From the human T2T-CHM13v2.0 reference genome, Homo sapiens: DNA of 64,000 bases. The DNA lies in contig CP068257.2 of assembly GCA_009914755.4 (NCBI GenBank), positions 16,128,001 to 16,192,000 of the forward strand, given 5' to 3'. The translations under genes and the position numbers were made by a program. How positions within the stretch are numbered: the first letter of the stretch is position 1; the number at the start of each line of letters is the position of its first letter. Positions 33,846 through 48,475 of the stretch are shown here, piece by piece. Below the pieces are notes generated by a model. It did not search any database and had not been told where the DNA came from. It saw only the letters and a program-made list of their open reading frames with translations.

Positions 33846-34538
33846 CACTGTTACCCTTTTAAAAGAATGATTAGATTGTGTTTAATTCACCAATTGTAGG
33901 AACAATTTTTTTTCGTAACAAAAATAATACTCCAAATGGCACTAAAAAACCCCACGAATATCAAAATGCTTAAAGTTCTACCACATGTCCCATGATCCTC
34001 TGCTTTTACCCCTAGCCTCTTGAGGAAGACTTGATTTATAACTTGGTAGTAATAAGTAAGCTAGGCAATCTTTTCCTGATGATTCACCAGCTGGTCCTGT
34101 CAAATAGCACTGTCTCTCAGCTGTCTATGCTGATGCTGAATGCCTTTATACTTCACACATTCTTGAATCATGTCATCTGACTCCCTCACACTTTTTGTGG
34201 TCAATTAGACTATATGTTGAATTGGATTACATATTCCATTTCCCAACCAAAGGACTGGCTTTACATAACTTGGTGCTCCACAGGGAGAGCAAATATAATA
34301 CAACCATCAGTGGATGTGAAGTTGTAATATGCATTATCACATCAGTAGGAGATTGGAAAGCACTAAGAAAGCAAGCACTCCAACCTTTACCTCAAACTTA
34401 GAGCAGAATTAGGGAACTGGGAGTATGGGTTTGCTAAATGGTGGGCTTATGTGTTCTTTCTTGATGTTTAAATAAGGCAAAAAAATTAAGTGTCCAGTTG
34501 TTAACATGCTGTGAAAAAATTTTAAGCACACTGCCTTA

Positions 34539-34892
<354 letters not shown>

Positions 34893-36666
34893 TTTTTTAT
34901 GGAGGCTCACATTTGGCACAGCCTAAGTAATTTTCCAAGAGTAAAGGTGTTTTTCTTTTTGTGATGATCTTATCTTGGATGCTAAGAAACGGGGTACAGG
35001 TACTTGAATATGTATGTGTTGTCCATATTAAGAAACAGTAATCTTGTGCTTCAAGCAAGTGTTCACTGTAAAAATGGGAGGGTAGCCAAATTCCATGTTA
35101 TTAGGAAAGACAATGGATGAAAATGTTACTTGTTTCTGAGGCGCAGACAACCATTCCTGATAAAAGGAATAAAGGAAAAGCCCTGTGGGTAGAAGTGGCA
35201 CTCCCACGGACTGAAAGCTGGATCCACACTACAGGTAAGTTTTGTTTAGCCCACAAATATTTTAAAGAGAAAAATTAAAAACAAAATGAGAGGATCTGAC
35301 AGGAACTGGCTGCTGAACTGGGTATGTGCTCTTCAATTCCAAATAGTTCTTATTATTTCCTTAATGAAAGCACTTGTACCTGTGACCCTGCAGGCTCCAA
35401 ATCCATGTCCGGTCACCTGTACTGTACTGAGACTAGGCTGGATTGCTGCAGTGTAAATACTACTTGCCCCAGTGATGATTTTGTGCTCAATTCGACTAGA
35501 CTACCATGCATTTGATGAGCAAGCAGTAGCCAAGCCATAATTCAGGAAGTTATTACCATTATTATCTATTGCCAAGCACTGCCACTGAGTGGGAGGATGC
35601 TCAGTTTGTCTATCCTGTCATGTGACCAAGGCAGAAGATTAGACTAAAAGTGGGAAGGCAAGGATGAATAGTTGGAGTATCTACTTCCCACAAAAGGACA
35701 GGCTTCTGCCTCTTAAAATTTTTATCAGTTGTCCTAGGTGTCTTAGAAAGTACTGTGATAAAGAGTACCTCATTTCCTCACCCTCATGCCTTTAGCTAAA
35801 TCAGGAGCCACTTAAATGACTAAATAGTCTGCCATATTCAAGTACCCAACATACCGTTTAAAAGTAAAAGGTAACTGCTTATCTCTGCCTTGGTAGCAGA
35901 TAGAATATTGGCAACCACATGAAGCCAACATACAGATGGGTTCAGAAACTTGCTTCCGCACATTTTGAGAATTACTGCCCTAAAGAAAGATTTATCAACA
36001 GGTGGCCTTTAGATGGCAGATTTCAGCTTAGAGATGTGCATGCCATTTTAAAGTTCCTGTGTGTGCTAAGGATTAAAACAGTTAATCAAAGCAGCTTAAT
36101 CTAATAAATGAATTGTAAAGGAAAATTTCAATGAGCTAAGAGTTCAGAGAGACAATGATAAACCTCACCCTCAACCTAGGAGGCCAGAGCAGAACTGAGA
36201 TCTTTTACTGATAGATGTATACATTGCAAATGACTTGTCAAAAATAAAACCTCTCTCAGTGAATTCTACTTTTTCATTCTAACAGTTGGAAAGTTGGGGA
36301 AACACACCTACATAACAACTGTTTATTACTAAAAAGGCACAAAACTAATCCAAACTCAATTCTACTCCTTAATGTAGCTACCTGTTTTTTAACAGCAACG
36401 CCCAACAGAACTTTCTGTGATGATGGACAAGTTGTATGTATAACTGAGCTATGCAATAAGGTAGCCAGTAGCCACAAATGGCTATTTAGCATCTGAAATG
36501 TAGCTAGTCTGACTGAAGAACTAAAGTTTTAATTTTAATTTAAATGAATTCAATGTGGCTAGGCTACTGAATTGGACAAGGCAGCTTGTCCATAGGTAAC
36601 TAAGCAAAAGGGTACTTGGAAAGAGAACATGGATAGAAGCTATCACCATTTCTTTTAAAACCGTAA

Positions 36667-36978
<312 letters not shown>

Positions 36979-37914
36979 TGATATATTAATATGGGATATT
37001 ACACTCACAACAGTACGATATAGAAAGGTAAATTTGTTTTTCTGGTAAAGTAAATCAAATTTGGACTATAAGGTTTAATTAACATTATGTTACAAAAAAT
37101 TTTAAGCCAATAATCCAATGGACCCAAGTAACCCTCTACTTGTTCCATATTCCCCTAAAGGATTTAAGTGAATGTACTGACATTTATTCTAAAAAAATTT
37201 TTCTGCATAAAATTGTCATAAGACATCTAAAAAGCTATTCAAATTAACTGTAATTGAATTACTAGTTTTAAATATCCACTTACATGGGGCATATGGAGAC
37301 ACCAACTTACAGCAAAACAAAAACACAACAAAGTTTCCTAATGATAGACAAGGGTAAAAAGATGTTACTTAAACAAAAGATAGCCTTAAAAATGCCTTCA
37401 TAATAATAACCAGATGAATGAGGGCACACTATTATGACAAAGCAAATTTAAGGTTTGAAAGCAAGAAATGTGATAACTCTGTCTCTCTGCCTTTCATCTC
37501 CTCAACTGCCGCCTGCTCCACTTAAGTTCTGAGAAAGTGATCTATGTTCTTACAAACAAGACATCAGACTTTGAAAATTACCATAACACGAACCTGCTTA
37601 CTGCCTAGATAGCTAGGTGATCGCTGGTGAGAGCAAAAGAGGGTGGCAAATTAGAGGGCACGAAGAATAGTTGGGAGGAGAAATAAGAGACCCTAAATGA
37701 ACTGCTCTTTAAAGAACTATGGCTTAAGGAAAAAAGGGAAAAGTTTTTTTCCTTGACTTTTTCTTTTAAAATGGGAGACATGAACATTTCTGATATGCTA
37801 ATCATTCTTTTGGCCAATCTGCCAGGTTACATAGAAAATAACTGTAGGTTGCCAAGCTGATGAGTTAGTAAAAAAAAATGGAGGAGAGGGTAAATAGATG
37901 AATTAAGAGGGGGA

Positions 37915-38298
<384 letters not shown>

Positions 38299-38481
38299 CT
38301 ATATTCACTCTTAACTGAGAATTGAGATCTCCCAGAATATCTATGACTGATATTTATCCAATACACTTTGTTAATAAATAACCTGGTAATCTAAAACTGA
38401 CTTTTCTGGAGAACTTTCTAATATGTAGGAATTATATTTTATCTATACTGTATTTATTCTACTGTGTAGTAGAAATAAAAT

Positions 38482-40542
38482 TGATATGGTTTCGATTTGT
38501 GTTCCCACCCAAGTATCATGTCAAATTGTAATACGCAATGTTGGAGGAGGGCGCTGGTAGGAGGTAACTGGATCATGGGAGCAAACTTCCCCCCTTGCTG
38601 TTCTCATGATAGTGAATCTCACAAAATCTGGTTGTTTAAAAGTGTGTAACACCTCCCCCTTCTCTCACCATGTAAGATGTGCCTGCTCCCCCTTCACCTT
38701 CTGTCATGATTGTAAGTTTTCTGAGGCCTCCCCAGCTATGCTTCCTATACAGCCTGTGGAACTGTGACCCAATCTCAGGTAGTTCTTTATAGCAATGCAA
38801 GAACCAATACAGAAAATCAGTACTGGGAATGGGGCATTGCTATAAAGATACCTGAAAATGTGGAAGCGACTTTGTAACAGGATAATGCGCAGAGGTTGGA
38901 ACAGTTTGGAGGGCTCAGAAGAAGATAGGATGATAATGGAAACTTCGGAACTTCCTAGACACTTGTTAAATTGTTGTGCCTAAAATGCTGACAGTGATAT
39001 GGACAATGAAGTCCAGTAGTAGGTAGTCTCAGATGGAGATGATAAATTTATTGGGAACTGGGGTAAAGGTCACTCTTGCTATGCTTTACCAAAGAGACTG
39101 GTGGCATTATACCCCGGTCAAGGGATCTGTGGACCTTTGAACTTGAGAGTGATGATTTAGGCTATCTGGTGGAAGAAATTTCTAAGCAGTAAAGTGTTCA
39201 AGATGTGGCCTGGCTGCTTCCAACAGAGTATGGTCATATATGTGAACAAAGAGATGATCTGAAACTGGAACTTATATTTAAAAGGGTATAAGACTTCAGA
39301 AAATTTGCAGCCTGACCATGTGGTAGAAAAGAAAAGCTCATTTTCTGGGGAGGAATTCAAGCCAGCTGCAGTAAAGAGGAGCTAAATAGCCAAAACAATG
39401 GGGAAAATGCCTTGAAGGCATTTCAGAGACCTTTGTTGCAGCCCTTCCCATCACAGGCCCAGAGGCCTAGGAGGAAAGAATGGTTTCATGGCCTGGGCCC
39501 AGGGCCCTGCTGCCCTGCGCAACCTTGAGACACTGCTCATGTCCCAGCCACTTCAGCTCCAGCCATGGCTAAAAGGGCCCAGGATATGTCTCAGGCCTCT
39601 GCTCCAGAGAGTGCAAGCTGTAAGCCTTGGGGGCTTCCACGTGGTGTTAACCCTGCAGGTGTGCAGAGGGCAAGAGTTGAGGCTTGGGAGCCTCTACCTA
39701 GATTTCAGAGGATGTATGGAAATGCCTGGATGTCCAGGCAGAAGTCTGCTGCAGGGGTGGAGCCCTCATGGAGACCATCTACTAAGGCAGTGCAGATGGG
39801 AAATGTGGGGTTGGAGCCCCCACAAAGAGTCCCCATTGTGGCACTGCCTAGTGGAGCTGTGGGAAGAGGGTCACCGTCCTCCAGACTCCAGAATGCTAGG
39901 CTAGATTCACTGACAGCTTTCACTGTGCACCTGGAAAAGCTGCAGGCACATAACCCCAGTTTGTGATGTAACCTCACTGTATCTTGGAAGTAACTAACTT
40001 GTTTTTTAGAGGCTTATAGACAGAAAGGACTTGCTGTCTCTCAGATGAGACTTTGGACTGTGGACTTTTGAGTTAATGCTAAAATGAATTAAGTCTATGA
40101 GGGACTGTTCATAAGGGTGATTGTATTTTGCAATGTGAGGAGGACATGAGATTTGGGAGGGGCCAGGGACAGAATGATATGGTTTGGATTTGTGTCTCCA
40201 CCCAAATCTCAGGTTAAATTGTAATCCCTAATATTGGAGGAGGGGCTTGGTGGGAGGTGATTAGATCACGGGGGCAGACATCTCCCTTGCAGTTCTCATG
40301 ATAGTGACTTCTCACAAGATATGGTTGTTTAAAAGTATGTAGCACCTTCTTCTTCTCTCTCTCTTCCTCCTTCTTTGGCCATTAAGACATTCCTTCACCT
40401 TCTGGTATAATTGTTAAGTTTTCTGCGGCCTCCCCAGCCACGCTTCCTGTACAGCCTGCAGAGCTGTGAGAAGATTAAACCTCTTTCTTCATAAATTACC
40501 CAGTCTCAGGTAGTTCTTTATAGCAGTGTGAGAACTAACACA
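38482..40542 (+). mobile_element. Complete THE1-class ERVL-MaLR provirus: 5' LTR 38482-38812, internal 38813-40174, 3' LTR 40175-40542
   Basis: Both LTRs begin tgatatggttt...cccacccaa[a/g]t[c/a]tca..., contain ..ccatgattgtaagtt...cctccccagc..cttcctgtacagcctg..aattacccagtctcaggtagttctttatagca.tg.gagaac and end ..aca. The internal part matches the THE1/MST internal region, which recurs at 55567-56262 on the opposite strand. Possible 5-bp TSD aaaat/ataat. Confidence 0.8.
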
Positions 40543-43500
40543 ATAATGAAAATGTTGATTTATCAGGATAAATGGAAAATAATTTGTTCAGCCAAATTAA
40601 CATGGTCAAAATTATGAAGGATATTAAGTAAAAGAAATGTTCTCAAAGTAAACAGTAATATAAAAACTTTAAAGTATTTTCTACTGTCTAAAATACTTAA
40701 AGATACTGAAGATCCTCTTTAATATTTGAAGATAGCAGTATAGAAGTATGAATGAAGGAGTATTCCATGTTAATCTTGAAACACTCCTCCCAAATAACAC
40801 AACCAGATTTCCTCAATGTATGGGCTCTAATTTTCAAAACAGAGTAGCAATTATCATTCATTAAGTTCATGGTAGATATTATTCCACCAGTATACGTTTA
40901 GGACAGATATTAAAAATGTCATTAAGTATATTTGTATAGCACTTCAGAAACTGGAAGGTGCTTTTAGTGTCTATTATACTTCATAGTGGCAAATAATCCT
41001 TTATTACATTCCAATATGCTATATAATTTATTTATTCTATTGTCTTTTTCCTCCTCTCATGTAAGCCTCATGATTTTGGGGATTTGTTTATTTTTGCTAA
41101 CTCCATTATCTCTAGCTACTAGAGAATTTCTGACACTTAGTAGTTGCTCAGTTAGTATTTATTGAAGGAATATGTTTAAAATTATGGTGAAATCAACCAC
41201 AGCGCTTTCATTTTGAGATTCAGATTTATGGGTACACACAAATCATTATTTTGCCTTACTGTTGTACAACTCAGACAGTAACAGCAAAGAGCTACCAGAA
41301 ATAAGATACATTAATTGAAAATTATTTATAAACAGCAGACACTGTCCCCTTGTTAAAACGATAAATCCAAAGCTCAGAGTTTAATGGGTTTATTCTCCTT
41401 ATCAAATTCCTAACAGATGGTATGACAAATTGAATTAGAATAATGTAAATTCACTCCAACCAGAACTGTGGTTAACATTTTGATAACTCTGCAACTTTAC
41501 TTAGCTACTTTGATTTCAATCACTCATACATTTTTCATGTCTTGCCTTATTTAAAATTCACATTTAATGCTCATTTCCCATAATATAGTGATTAAATGTA
41601 ACAGCAAAATCACCTTCCAACCTCTAAGTGCTATACAAATATAATTATAGTTTTTAATTTATATTCGGTAATAAACATGGAAAAATTTTTCTTAAGTTTT
41701 AATTTTGAACTGTAAACAGAGGAACAGTATTTCTAAATATGTTCTAAATATTTCTAAAATGTTCTATTGACATAGTTAGTTTAATGCTCCTTATCTTCTA
41801 AAATTCAGAAACTAGGAAGTTCAACATTAATGAACACTTTCTTTTCTCTCAGGTTGTCCCAGCATCAGCTATTGAGGCTGATAAGCAAAAGGGAGCTGCT
41901 ATGCAATTTCAGGATTGGTGCCGACATCTTCACCTGTGCTCACACTGTCTGCTTCCACTCACTCATAATCCTGTTCTCTCTCTTGAAAGAAAGGCTAATT
42001 AGGATAAATATGCTAGTCTGCCTTACTTGGATGGTGAAAGAACAGAGAGCAGTGTTAGAATCACTGTTTCATTACCAGCTGACATCTGCATGGTTCTTCT
42101 GGGTAAGGACCAGCAACAAGACTGTCTTGTGTGTGTCCTTTTTCTTCCTAGCTCCTCCCATCTCTCTGATTAACACCAATCCAATAAAAATTTCTCAAAA
42201 CTATATTATGTTGGCATATTATTGTTTGTTTAGATTACAATCTATATGGAAATTGCATCACCCCACTCTCTTAGGTCATCAGAAATGAGTATTTTTGGCT
42301 ATTCCACAGAATGTGTATTCATTAAATATCGTGAGTAGAAATTATTTAAAAATTAAGCATGTCTTAGGACCTAAACTTTAGTCCTTGCTTGAATATTCAC
42401 ATTTGTGTAATTCATTTCCAATCTTGCCTAAAAGTTACTTAATAGCTCCTAAATTCCTAAGAGTCCATGTCATTTTCTTTGGAAGCATAAATTTAGGCAC
42501 CTGGACATTTTGGAATCAGAGACCCTTGGTCTCTAACCTTTGTGATTTTTGGAATAGTTACCCAGACTCTCTACTCACTTTCCTTATTCATCAAACTGGG
42601 ATAACACAGAACCTACTTCATATAGTTGTATTAAGAATAAAATTAAAAACTGTATGTAAAGTGTACAATACCTGGTAAATAATATCCAACTATTATTTAG
42701 ATAAGAGACTTACCTAAAAGTATAAATTCCCTAAATATTTACTGAGCATAAGGTGGACTAGTTTCTTCCAACTAGAGGGTGACACTTCACTTCCTCTAAA
42801 GTAGAGATAAATCTATCTTTGTCTTCTTTCTTCACAGGCCATTATTATTTGCATGTAATAAGAAAAATTACACTTTTAGCGTCTATTATACTTCATAAAG
42901 GCAAATAATCGTTTCTGGAGAGGTGATGTCTCTTTATCAGTTTTCCAGTAACAGTTACTGTAAGTTATTTCAACATAAAAACTGTATCTTTGAGAATATT
43001 TTTGATCCAAGTAGTAGAGACTTTCAATCTAGATTTAAGCTGTTTTCATATAGCTGATAAAACATTTCTTTTCATCTCTGTTAGACTATTGGGATAAATG
43101 AACTATGACTCTGAAACAGAAAGTCATTTCTATGTATTCTAATAAATCATTTTAATTTATAATTATGATATTCTTATTAACAGGATATTCTGGGTTATAT
43201 ACTCTGCTTGTTTTCAACTTTAAATCACTGATTTAAAAGAACACATTTTTATCAATGACTTAAAAAGCACTCAAGATCATCATTATGAACATATATATAC
43301 TCCTCTGTTGCAGAGGAAATATCCTCACAACCAAAATTTATGTGTGATCTAAATTTTAAACGCACCCTAGACACCCTAATAAAGTTAGGCAGGAGGAAAA
43401 AAAAATGAGGCTACCATCAATAGGACAGGTATAAAAGTCTGGAAACCAGCTCCTCATATATGGGTTGTTAGTTAAATCACAAGTCTTTACCAGATATTGT

Positions 43501-43700
43501 TAGCCTAGTTTCAATGATTTTTCTTTAAAAATATTCTATTATTTAAACTTATCACCAATTAAGCCTACTTTCACTCTCACCCATCCCTACTCCTGTTCAA
43601 ATAAAGTATTACTACCAGAGCCATTTTTAAAGTGTTCAAACTAAATGATATTAAAAGGAAGTTAAGAAAAAAAAATAACCTTGAGCTTTTATTTTCAAGT

Positions 43701-44389
43701 TGCTATGGTGTGAATGTGTCCCTCAAAGTTCATGTTTTGGAAACAATCCTTAAAGCAACAGTGTTGGGAGGTGGGGTCTAATAGGTGATTAGGTAATGAG
43801 GGCTCTGACCAAATGAATGAAGCAATGTCATTATTGTAGGAGTGGGTTAGTTATCTTCAGATAACTTTTGTAAGAAACCACTGTTGGCCGGGCGCGGTGG
43901 CTCACGCCTGTAATCCCAGCACTTCGGGAGGCCGAGGTGGGTGCATCACGAGCTCAGGAGATCGAGACCATCCTGGCTAACACGGTGAAACCCCGTCTCT
44001 ACTAAAACTACAAAAAATTAGCCAGGCATGGTGGTGGGCGCCTGTAGTCCCAGCTACTCAGGAGGCTGAAGCAGGAGAATGGTGTGAACCTGGGAGGCGG
44101 AGCTTGCAGTGAGCCGAGACTGCACCACTGTACTCCAGCCTGGGTGACAGAGCGAGACTCCATCTTGGAAAAAAACAAAAAAAAACAAACAAAAAAAATC
44201 CACTTTTGTTATAAAAGTGAGTTTAGCTCTCTCTTGACTTCCTGCCTTCTGCCATGGGATGATGCAGCATGAAGACCCTTGCCCAAATGCAGGGCCCTCA
44301 ACCGCCAGAACTAAGAAATAAATCTGTGTTCTTTATAAATTACCCAGTCTCAGCTATTCTGTTATAGCAGCTCAAAATAGACTAAGATA
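43701..44389 (+). mobile_element. MaLR LTR (MST/MLT1-like), split by a nested AluY
   Basis: 5' part tgctatggtgtgaatgtgtccctcaaagttcatgttttggaaacaatcc...gtgttgggaggtggggtctaataggtgattaggtaatgagggc. 3' part ..ctcttgacttcctgccttctgccatgggatgatgcagcatgaagaccc...gaaataaatctgtgttctttataaattacccagtctcagctattctgttatagcagctcaaaatagactaagata. Confidence 0.75.
43886..44198 (+). mobile_element. AluY (young, CpG-rich) nested in the MST LTR
   Basis: ggccgggcgcggtggctcacgcctgtaatcccagcacttcgggaggccgaggtgggtgcatcacgagctcaggagatcgagacc... with an A-rich tail at 44169-44198. The flanking LTR sequence aaaccact(tt)gtt is duplicated, consistent with a TSD. Confidence 0.93.
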
Positions 44390-44967
44390 AGTATATTAAA
44401 GATCACCAAGCTAAAGTTCAGAATTCCCATTAGGCTTTATACTTCAAAGTGCAACTTTTAGTTAATACATGATGTTTGCCATTACAGGATGGGAAATGAG
44501 AAAGAGGCTAATGCCAGATTGAATTAGCTCTTTACAGCTTCCTGATCACAAGTGGTGGGGCCCCTTACTTAAGTGGAAAAAAGTTAGTGTCAGAAGCAGG
44601 ACATAGAGGAACAGTTTATGTTCCCTTCGAGTAATAAACAACCAGTTCTAACTTCCAAACCAAATCAAGAATTTCATATTGAGATTCAAATTGGTCCCTG
44701 ACTACTGACCACAAACAGTATATGGTAAAGACACGGAGAATCAAGGAACAGTAAGATTAAACATAGACACTAATTCATCTACGACTTAACCAAGATTACA
44801 GATTTTTCTTGTTGGAAAGATTGCTAAGGAGCTGACTTTGGGTCTCCTTCTAGAATGGTTCTAGAAAGAACTAACTGAAAGTAATCCAAGAGGCTCTACA
44901 CAGAGAGCAGCCAGATACATACTTACTCATCAACTAGCAAGGTCAACTTACACTGAAAACTTTGTTT

Positions 44968-45178
44968 GGTACAGACTGAATGTCTCTTATCTGAAATACT
45001 TGAGACCAGAACTGTTTCAAATTTCAGATTTTGGAATATTTGTATTATACTTACTGGTTGAGCATTCCAAATAACAAAAATCTGAAATCTGAAATGCTCC
45101 AATGAGCATCTCCTTTGAGCATCATGTAGGTGTTCAAAAAGTTTTAGATTTTTGATTTTGAATGCTCAACCTGTGTAA
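44968..45178. mobile_element. Palindromic MITE-like non-autonomous DNA transposon (family not assigned)
   Basis: ggtacagactgaatgtctcttatctgaaatacttgagaccagaactgtttcaaatttcagattttggaatatttg ... ttgaatgctcaacctgt has internally inverted arms (...ggttgagcattccaaataacaaaaatctgaaatctgaaatgctccaatgagc...). I recall seeing this repeat in many human loci. Confidence 0.45.
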
Positions 45179-45211
45179 CAGGAATTGGTCCAATCTTATA
45201 AAAAAGTTTTA

Positions 45212-45322
45212 GCTAGGTGTAAGGTGATACACACCTGTAATCTCAGCTTCCTGGGAGACTGAGGTGGGAGAATTGCTCGAGGTCAGCCTAAGCAACATAG
45301 TGAAACCCTTATTTTAATAAAA
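45212..45322 (+). mobile_element. Alu monomer-like fragment (FLAM/FRAM-type)
   Basis: tagctaggtgtaaggtgatacacacctgtaatctcagcttcctgggagactgaggtgggagaattgctcgaggtcagcctaagcaacatagtgaaaccc. Confidence 0.6.
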
Positions 45323-45799
45323 TGAAGAAAGGAAAAAAAGCTAAACAAAGCTAAGCTAGCTTAAAAAAAAAAGGTTTTTTTTCCTCTATGGAAAAGAAAG
45401 CAAGCCAATTATAGGAAGAGAGAAATGCTCTAAGAATTATTTGTACACTATTTTGGCACAAGATGAAAACTGATAGTATGAACCAACAGTATTGAAACCC
45501 TGGATCTCTTCCTGCTTAGGTCTCACTTTGGGCTTTGTTACCTTACAGTTGAGTTTCATTACTAGCTCCTGACCACCCTGGGCTGCCTTCCTCTTTGCCA
45601 TTCCTTAGGGAATGGTAGTGAGTTGGTCATTAAATATCTTTAGAGATTTTAGCAATTTGAACTATGATGCATATTAGAGTATTTGATCACTAATATGTAT
45701 GAAAAAGTTCATAGTGTCTTAGGGTCAAGGCTGTAAGTATTTAGGAAGTTTATGCACCTGTCTTCTAATCTGAGAAGCAGACAATTTATTTTAATGGTG

Positions 45800-46220
45800 A
45801 ATTAGTCCATTCTTGCACTGCTATAAAGAAATACCTGAGACAGGGTAATTTATAAAGAAAAGGGGTTTAACTGGCTCACAATTCCGCAGGCTGTACAAGA
45901 AGCATGGTAGCATCAGCCTCTGCGGAGGCCTCAGGGAACTCACAATCAGGGCAGAAGGCAAAGAGGGAGCCAGCACCTCAACTGACTAGAGTAGGAGGAA
46001 GAGAGTGAGGGGGGGAGGTGCTACACACTTTTAAACAACCAGATCTCATGATAACTCACTCACTGACTATCATGAGAACAGCACTGAGGGGATGGTGCTA
46101 ACCCATTCATGTGAATTCCGCCTCCATGATCCGATCACCTAATACCAGTCTCTGCCTAGAACACTGGGGATTACATTTCAACATGAGATTTAGGTGGGGA
46201 CACAGATCCAAACCATATCA
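45800..46220 (-). mobile_element. THE1/MST-type MaLR LTR, solo, reverse orientation
   Basis: rc of the LTR: attagtccattcttgcactgctataaagaaatacctgagacagggtaatttataaag...cttttaaacaaccagatctcatgataactcactcact...ccaaaccatatca. Confidence 0.8.
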
Positions 46221-47023
46221 AATGGTGAAGCATAGGTTAAAAAAAAATCAACCTTGTGAACATTAAAAAATATCTGAGTCCTCAAAGTGTGTTTCTCAGG
46301 TCCTTAAAGCATATCACCTGTGGCTTGGAAGTACATAAAATGTAGGCTCCTCTTTCTTTTTCATTATTGTAAAGTCAGAGAAAAAGCCAACTTAGAGCCA
46401 TGCCCACAGTACAAAATCTGTTCAACAAGATTAGATTGTCTTTTGTTATTTCTTCCTTCCTTTGTCTTCATTTTATAAACGTATGCATGCACACAGCTTT
46501 TAAACAAGAGGCTAATTGATTAGGAAACCAGTGTTGATTTGATGTAAGCAACAATCCAAAAAGTAGAAAATATTATTATTGTTTACTACAAATGTATGGA
46601 CTCAAAACTAGCTTAACTGTTATTATTCCTCAAGAGAATTTATTTTTACTCAGCCTCTTCTCGGAGAAGAGTGCTTTAGACCAAAGCTAGCAATTATAAA
46701 GCTAAGAAATCAGGCAACTGCAATACTACCAAACTACAAAAAATTTACACTAAACTAGTAAAGTTAAATGTCATTTTTAAAAAGCCCCTCTTACATTCTA
46801 GTCTATTGACAGGCATTGTGTTGGGAACTTGGTAGAGGAAAGAAAACTTCAAAAATATTTTAAAAGATTTACCGACAACAAATATACCTTGTTATTTTTC
46901 TAGTATGTAATTATTATTATGACTTTTTTCCCCCACTGATTTCTAAAGACCCGTATACTGATATAAAAACTAAAATTTTGTGCAATTCAAGATCCTCATT
47001 TCCCTCCTCTTTTCTAAAATAAT

Positions 47024-47316
<293 letters not shown>

Positions 47317-48339
47317 TACAAAAATCTTAAACAAAAAAGTTGTAATACACTAGCTGATCACTGTAGTGAAAATGAAAATGCGTATTTGTGAGAGCTGAGA
47401 AATGACACCAGATAGAGAAGAAATTATTTGACTCTAATTTTTCTTACAAAGATTAAATTGGGATTTTAATATATAAAACCTTGAATATACATAGAATATT
47501 AAACGAAATAGTTCTAATTCAAATTGAGAATTGTCTTTTACACTGAAGGGAACTATGATTTCAAAAACAAAGGACTTATTCCATGCTTACATGCTGAGAT
47601 ATTATCAGAGCTGAAATGTTAAGAGATGGTACCTAAGGTAATATTTGTATATTCTCTATATAATGACTGAGAACCAGTTAAAAGGCTTATTTTAAAAAGC
47701 TAGAAAAGCAATTACGAAAATTTAGGGTTCTGTGGAAAAATTCGATCATGGCATGAACTCCATTAATGATGATTTGCCAGCAAACACTGGTTAGAAAAAG
47801 CTGGCTGAGAGAATAGCAAGGATAACCAATTAGGATTAGAACATCAGCCCTATTGCTATAAAATAACTATTGACAGTAGATCAATGGTATTAAGATCACA
47901 TATACTAGAACCAGACTGCCAGGCTTTAAAGTCCAGGACCAACAGTTATGAGCTGTGTGACTTCAAACTGTATTTCTTAGGTCGCCAAGGTTCAGTTCTA
48001 TCACATTTAAAATAGAAAATGACAGTAGTCATTCCAAAGCTATCTTGAGTTAAATAAGATAATCCACATAAGGGGTTTAGCACAGTGCCTGGCACATAAC
48101 AACAGCTTGCCATCACCACTACAGCAACCCTGGGCAGTCCAACTTTTTGGCTGTTTCCTTAAATGTAAAATACAGGGTTTGGACTAGATAATTTCTAATG
48201 TCTTTACTCATCTAAAATTAAAATTCTACAATGTATCAACAATATACAAGCCAACTCTATTTCCAAAGAACATAAATTTGGATTTTCACCCCAGCATGAT
48301 TTAAGTACTGTAAAAGAAACTTATTTTTAAGATATCCTT

Positions 48340-48475
48340 TTATTTTTATTTAATTTTTTAGAGATGGGGTCTTGCTATGTTGCCCAAACTGGACTTGAAC
48401 TCCTAGGCTCAAGCAATCCTCTCACCTTAACCTCTGGAGTAGCTGAGATTGTAGGAACACACCACTGTTCCTGTT
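48340..48475 (-). mobile_element. Alu fragment (partial, reverse orientation)
   Basis: ttttttagagatggggtcttgctatgttgcccaaactggacttgaactcctaggctcaagcaatcctctcaccttaacctctggagtagctgagattgtagg. Confidence 0.7.

Noticed and set aside
39488-39977. ORFs of 133-138 aa on both strands
   Set aside because: They lie inside the internal region of the THE1 ERV. The same sequence recurs at 55740-56250, so they are repeat-derived.
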